A program made the position numbers and the translations under genes. The notes beneath the pieces are model-generated. The model did not search any database. It was not told the DNA's origin and saw only the letters and a program-made list of their open reading frames with translations. A DNA stretch of 60,562 bases, the filler included, from Sphacelaria rigidula (Eukaryota), in assembly GCA_964200075.2 (NCBI GenBank). It is 10 parts of 10 records of this genome, joined end to end, with 100 filler letters (N's around TTAATTAATTAA, not from the genome) between each part and the next. Parts side by side here need not be neighbours in the genome. Positions count along the whole stretch, not along the records: positions 54,598 to 60,562 come from CAXNAA020023147.1; 9 more parts are not named here. One strand, 5' to 3'. Below, piece by piece: positions 59,399 through 60,562 of the stretch (its first letter is position 1; every line of letters begins with the position of its first letter).

Positions 59399-59506
59399 GT
59401 CGTATGCAGCGGTAAAGGAGCCTGCAATAACGCCACTGGTGGGTGCACCTGCTACCCGGGCTTCTACGGCGGAGACTGCAGCCTAATACGTTGCCCTACA
59501 AGCAAG
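59399..59506 (+). CDS. Mastigoneme/SIG1-like protein, exon (VVCSGKGACNNATGGCTCYPGFYGGDCSLIRCPTSK)
   Basis: EGF-like cysteine pattern; gacag acceptor and AAG|gtatta donor. Confidence 0.9.
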
Positions 59507-60181
59507 GTATTACGGAAGCTCATGTCATCCAGATAACGTGGCGATGGCCTGAAACTCTTTGGCAGCGACGGTCATCCGATTGAACCCACGCAGAAATCAA
59601 CGCGTCAAGTTGGAAATAATACTATTTTTTCTGTGTTGACCTGTGTCGAGTTACATATCCCAGCACCCCTCTGCCGCCAATCCCTGTTGTGGGTCGAGTT
59701 GGGTGTCCAGCTGTAATATCGAATCACCGACTACGGCGACTTTCAGAAAGTTTTCAACAAATGTCGACTAAAACTATCCGGATACCATGTGAATCTGCAG
59801 CGATGAAATTGCCAGGTAGCCTGCCGGTAAGAATCGTCTAATCCATTTTTCAGAGGATCCTACCTCACCTAGTATGTGTTTCATAGTACAATCGTATTCC
59901 ACGTGGGAATACCACAAAACAGCTGCACTTAAACTGCCTGCCTCCAGTCCATCTTCCTCTGTTGGATATCTCGGGGCCCGCGGCTTTCCACGACCCCCTC
60001 CACCCCTACCAACACCTCCCGTGTCGCCAACACGGATACCACCCCCTGGCCCCCTCCTTCCAGCGACACAGCACCCCATCGATAACCGCACCGTTCACTC
60101 TCGCTCTGTGATCGTCGTCGCCGTCATCACCATAATTTTCGGCCGGCACTGCTTCAACACTGCAATAATCACCACCGTCAG

Positions 60182-60388
60182 GCGTGGTTCGACGAAGCTC
60201 GTGCCGACAACGCTGCGCACTCGTACGGAGCAGAGTGCGGGGCGATGGGCAACTGCGATCACGGAACGGGGGAGTGCGTGTGTCGAGACGGCTGGACAGG
60301 GGCGTCGTGCGAGCGCCTGGACTGCCCGGAGGACTGCTCGGGAAACGGCGCTTGTTTGCCCATGTACCGGATGGCACAACTTCGGCAG
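60182..60388 (+). CDS. Mastigoneme/SIG1-like protein, exon (AWFDEARADNAAHSYGAECGAMGNCDHGTGECVC...CERLDCPEDCSGNGAC)
   Basis: AWFD...AH...AEC..MG.CD..TGEC.C..G.TG..CER motif; gtcag acceptor and CAG|gtttgt donor. Confidence 0.9.
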
Positions 60389-60562
60389 GTTTGTTCAGGA
60401 AGTCCCAGCACCACCACTCAATGTATTCGATAAGCCTTTTTCAAGATGCCAGAGTTTCGTTTGCTGAATGTTATGGGGGGCTGAGAGGAGCGGGGGGGGG
60501 GGGGGGGGGGGGGGATCTTGTTTTTTTTTTTTTTTGTCTGTTGTCAATTGTCCCCCCACTCC

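Overview
This is eukaryotic DNA, very probably a brown alga (Phaeophyceae, Stramenopiles). That assignment is inferred from a SIG1/mastigoneme-type EGF-repeat gene, long TE-filled introns and the repeat content. The window is not contiguous: ten unrelated contigs of 5965-5967 bp, sorted by length, are joined by artificial 100-nt N44-TTAATTAATTAA-N44 linkers, so neighbourhoods across linkers mean nothing. Recognisable coding content: (1) a decayed Ty3/Gypsy pol (RT-RNaseH-integrase-chromodomain plus an extra Tudor-like C-terminal module); (2) the last two exons of PA200/PSME4; (3) four exons of a CDK11-type kinase; (4) six exons of a mastigoneme/SIG1-like EGF protein; (5) a coiled-coil terminal exon and a large low-complexity exon; (6) weaker kinase-like, DET1/DCAF15-like and iGluR/PBP-like exons. 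The rest is a dense set of non-autonomous elements (a tRNA-derived SINE; Stowaway-like, pogo-like and piggyBac-like MITEs; foldbacks; an unclassified poly-G-headed modular repeat) and microsatellites. Most ORFs in the supplied track are spurious. No prokaryote-type system (CRISPR, operon) is present. The best novelty candidates are the double-reader integrase tail, a 256-bp tandem unit carrying 40-bp hairpins, and the unclassified repeat families.
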